The notes under the pieces: generated by a model
Told to the model about the DNA's origin: nothing
Database searches by the model: none
The model's input: the letters and a program-made list of their open reading frames with translations, nothing else
Made by a program: the position numbers and the translations under genes
DNA from: Gammaproteobacteria bacterium
GTDB taxonomy: Bacteria; Pseudomonadota; Gammaproteobacteria; GCA-001735895
Length of the DNA stretch: 64,000 nucleotides
NCBI GenBank assembly: GCA_050298595.1
Contig: JBNKUM010000024.1
Location: 32,001-96,000, forward strand
Reading direction: 5' to 3'
Shown: piece after piece, positions 60,941 through 64,000 of the stretch
Layout: the number at the start of each line of letters is the position of its first letter
How positions within the stretch are numbered: the stretch's first letter is position 1

Positions 60941-62062
60941 CTATCGTAAAAAACGCTTGGCTGATCCGACCGCCATTATCATGCCGAACCCCGCCATAAG
61001 AGTCACCATAGAGGTGCCTCCATAACTCACCAGGGGTAAGGGTACACCAACCACCGGCAACAATCCTGTGACCATGCCGGTATTTACAAACAGGTAGACA
61101 AAAAAGGTGAGACTTAGTGCACCAGCCAGCAGTCGACCGTAGTTATCCTGAGACATTGTGGCGATGAATAAACCACGATAAATAATCAGTAAATACAGTA
61201 ATATCAGAAATAAACTGCCGAACAATCCAAATTCTTCACCAAATACGGAAAAGATAAAATCTGTCTGTCGCTCTGGTAAAAACTCCAGCTGCGACTGGGT
61301 ACCATTCAACCAGCCTTTGCCATACACACCGCCTGATCCTATGGCGATTTTGGATTGAATAATGTGATAGCCGGATCCCAGAGGATCAGATTCAGGATTG
61401 AGCAGGGTTAGTATGCGTCCACGCTGGTAATCATGCAGCCCAAACTTCCATAATAAGGGAGCCATCGCTGATATCACCAGCCCCAGAATAAAAAAGATTT
61501 TCCAGCGCACTCCCGCCAGAAAGAGCACAAAATACCCTGCACTTGCGACTAGCAACGCAGTTCCAAGGTCGGGCTGACGGGCAATCAGTATAACCGGGAT
61601 CAACACCAGCAAAGCAGAAACGGATAAATCTTTCCAGCCCACGGGTAATACCTTTTCCGATAGATAGGATGCCACCATCATAGGCATTGCCAACTTCATA
61701 AACTCTGAAGGTTGAAAGCGTATAAAGCCAAAATCCAGCCAGCGTTGCGCACCTTTACCGATCTCACCAAATATCATTACAGCGATCAGCAATAGCACAC
61801 CGCCCAGATAAAACCACATAGACAGTTTTTTTAGTACGCGCATTGATATATTGGCGATGCCTATCATCAGCACCACCGCCAATGCCAGACGCGTGATCTG
61901 CCTTATCAGCATATTAATATCGCTACCGCTGGCGCTAAATAGAATGACCAGCCCAAAACTGGACAGTATAAACAACAGCAACATAAGCACTGGATCAAGT
62001 CGAAATGCATCCAGTACACGACGCGAAATTGAATGCTGGTCATTCTCTGTATAATGATCCAT
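60941..62062 (-). CDS. rodA: Rod shape-determining protein RodA
   Basis: GAQRW, QPSEFMK, QPDLGT, LPERQTDFIF, SYGGTS. Confidence 0.96.
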   Translation of the reverse strand: MDHYTENDQHSISRRVLDAFRLDPVLMLLLFILSSFGLVILFSASGSDINMLIRQITRLALAVVLMIGIANISMRVLKKLSMWFYLGGVLLLIAVMIFGEIGKGAQRWLDFGFIRFQPSEFMKLAMPMMVASYLSEKVLPVGWKDLSVSALLVLIPVILIARQPDLGTALLVASAGYFVLFLAGVRWKIFFILGLVISAMAPLLWKFGLHDYQRGRILTLLNPESDPLGSGYHIIQSKIAIGSGGVYGKGWLNGTQSQLEFLPERQTDFIFSVFGEEFGLFGSLFLILLYLLIIYRGLFIATMSQDNYGRLLAGALSLTFFVYLFVNTGMVTGLLPVVGVPLPLVSYGGTSMVTLMAGFGMIMAVGSAKRFLR

Positions 62063-63942
62063 TAATTACTCGCCTGTGTTTTATTTTCATTTTCATCTGG
62101 TTCTTTTAATAGGTAGGCATCCATAATCTTGCGCGCTATAGGCGCTGCCACTGAGCTACCATGCCCGCCATTTTCGACCACCACCGCCACGGCTATTTTT
62201 GGATCTTCTACCGGGGCAAAAGCCATAAATAGAGCATGGTCGCGTAACTTCTTCGTCACATTCTCTTCTTCGTATTCTTCATCCTGGGCAATACCAAAAA
62301 CCTGTGCGGTACCCGTCTTGCCCGCAATTTTATATTGAAGCCCCTGGGCGATACGGTGTGCGGTACCGCGTATATGATGTACTACATTGGTCATACCTCG
62401 TACGACATGATCCCAGTTGAGTTTTTTCTTTAACTTATATTCACTACTGAGTACCACTTCGACAGGCTGATCTGTCTGATCGACCGGGTTTTCTATGGAT
62501 TTCACCAGATGAGGCTTATACAGCTTGCCCTGCATGGCCAAAGCTCCTGTAGCGCTACTTAACTGTAAGGGTGTAACCAGCAAAGCTCCCTGGCCTATAC
62601 CCGTGATTAAAGTTTCACCCGGAAACCATGGCATGCCTCTGGCATTGCGTTTCCATTCGCGTGAAGGCATCAGGCCCGGGCGTTCACTGGTACTATCAAT
62701 CCCGGTACGACTGCCAAACCCGAACTGTTTCATAAATTCAGACATGCGATCTATGCCAAGATTGTAAGAGAGCTCATAAAAGTAAACATCACAGGATTGG
62801 GTAATTGCCCCATCCAGCGTCATGTACCCATGCCCCCCCTTTTTCCAGTCACGGTATTTACGCTCATCGTTGGGCAATTGATAGTAACCACCACAAAAAA
62901 CCTTATGCCCTGGCCCGATAACATTAGATTCCAGGCCAGCAAGACCGAAAAACGGCTTGGTTGTTGAGCCGGGCGGATACTGTCCGGTAATTGCGCGATT
63001 AAACAGCGGGCGCCTGGGTGAGTCACGTAAAGCACTGTAATTGGCCATACTGATACCATTGACAAACAGATTCGGATCAAAGCTTGGCATGCTTACCAAA
63101 GCAAGGATTTCACCATTACGAGGATCAATCGCCACCATAGAACCTTTCTGACCGGTAAACAGGTATTCCGCCAATTGCTGTAGTGATGAATCTATCGTCA
63201 GGTGCAGATTTTTGCCTGCTTTCGGTGCCTGTTCGTCCAGTACCCGTAAAGTCCGCCCGGAGGCATTTACTTCAACGCGCTGATAACCCACCTCACCATG
63301 TAACTCGGCTTCATAGTATTTCTCAAGCCCCAGCTTACCAATATGACTGGTGCCTGCGTAATTCGCTTCATCTAACTTGACCAGATCCCTCAGATCAATT
63401 CGCCCAACATAGCCCAGCGCATGCACAGCATGCTTGCCCAGGGGATAATTTCGCGTCAGACGCGCATTGATTTCCACACCATTAAAACGATGGATATTGA
63501 CTGCCAGTGCTGCGACTTCTTCATCGCTCAGATTAAGCAACAGAGGCACTGATTCAAATGACCTTCTGCGTTTGCTGGTTTCACGAAATCTGCTGACTTC
63601 CTGATCGGATATCTCAACCAGTTGTCTCAATTGTTGCAATGTTTCATCCATATCCTCAACCTGCTCTCGAATAATCTCTAATCGATAAGCAGGTAGATTA
63701 TCTGCAAGCACAATGCCATTACGGTCATAGATCAGTCCGCGCGTAGGAGGCAGCGCTTTGAGACTGACTCGATTTGACTCGGATAAGGTGGTGAAATGTT
63801 CATGATCAACGACCTGTAGCACATACAGACGCCCTAGCACCACCATCATCAACACAAAAACAATCAGCGCCGCTGCAATCAAGCGGTTCCTGATCAGTCT
63901 GGTTTCCAGATAATTATCTTTGAGTTTTTCTCGGTAGGCCAT
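62062..63942 (-). CDS. mrdA: Penicillin-binding protein 2
   Basis: RGLIYDRNG, YPPGSTTK, SCDVYFY, AGKTGTAQ. Confidence 0.96.
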   Translation of the reverse strand: MAYREKLKDNYLETRLIRNRLIAAALIVFVLMMVVLGRLYVLQVVDHEHFTTLSESNRVSLKALPPTRGLIYDRNGIVLADNLPAYRLEIIREQVEDMDETLQQLRQLVEISDQEVSRFRETSKRRRSFESVPLLLNLSDEEVAALAVNIHRFNGVEINARLTRNYPLGKHAVHALGYVGRIDLRDLVKLDEANYAGTSHIGKLGLEKYYEAELHGEVGYQRVEVNASGRTLRVLDEQAPKAGKNLHLTIDSSLQQLAEYLFTGQKGSMVAIDPRNGEILALVSMPSFDPNLFVNGISMANYSALRDSPRRPLFNRAITGQYPPGSTTKPFFGLAGLESNVIGPGHKVFCGGYYQLPNDERKYRDWKKGGHGYMTLDGAITQSCDVYFYELSYNLGIDRMSEFMKQFGFGSRTGIDSTSERPGLMPSREWKRNARGMPWFPGETLITGIGQGALLVTPLQLSSATGALAMQGKLYKPHLVKSIENPVDQTDQPVEVVLSSEYKLKKKLNWDHVVRGMTNVVHHIRGTAHRIAQGLQYKIAGKTGTAQVFGIAQDEEYEEENVTKKLRDHALFMAFAPVEDPKIAVAVVVENGGHGSSVAAPIARKIMDAYLLKEPDENENKTQASN

Positions 63943-64000
63943 CAGCAGATGATGTCCAGTGGATACGGCATAAAATGATACGAAGCTTTAAAAAGTGACG

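Noticed and set aside
63943-64000. Possible 3' end of mreD upstream of mrdA (a TGA overlaps the mrdA ATG)
   Set aside because: Only 58 bp are visible and the translation (SLFKASYHFMPYPLDIIC) is not recognisable as MreD.

Overview
A 64-kb chromosomal window from a Gammaproteobacterium, inferred from gene order and protein families. No rRNA, tRNA, CRISPR array, transposase or prophage was seen. The left end is the conserved trkH-trkA-ntrX-ntrY-DUF4390-rsmB-fmt-def / LysM(tsaP-like)-dprA-smg-topA-tsaC-hemF block. The right end is the mrdA-rodA-mltB-rlpA-dacA-dat-ybeD-lipB-lipA block plus nhaD. The middle (about 16.5-53 kb) is more variable. It holds SCO/PCuAC copper chaperones, an MMPL transporter fused to a cNMP-binding and a degenerate GGDEF domain, and a MarR/ilvE-like pair with twin operators. 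It also holds an RMD1 protein, a polyamine ABC transporter, a WYL regulator facing a cupin-like gene, an orphan hybrid kinase, pntAB and a small hydrolase/SnoaL/lipoprotein islet. A translationally coupled RDD-SpoIIM-DUF4129-DUF4350-MoxR-DUF58 operon follows. The most notable observation is that three otherwise dissimilar membrane proteins bracketing this MoxR operon share a short N-terminal motif, [NS]-x-Y-x-[PT]-P-x-[AS]-[DS]-L, which may be a common tag for an uncharacterised membrane AAA+ system. All family assignments come from motif recognition by eye; no database search was run.
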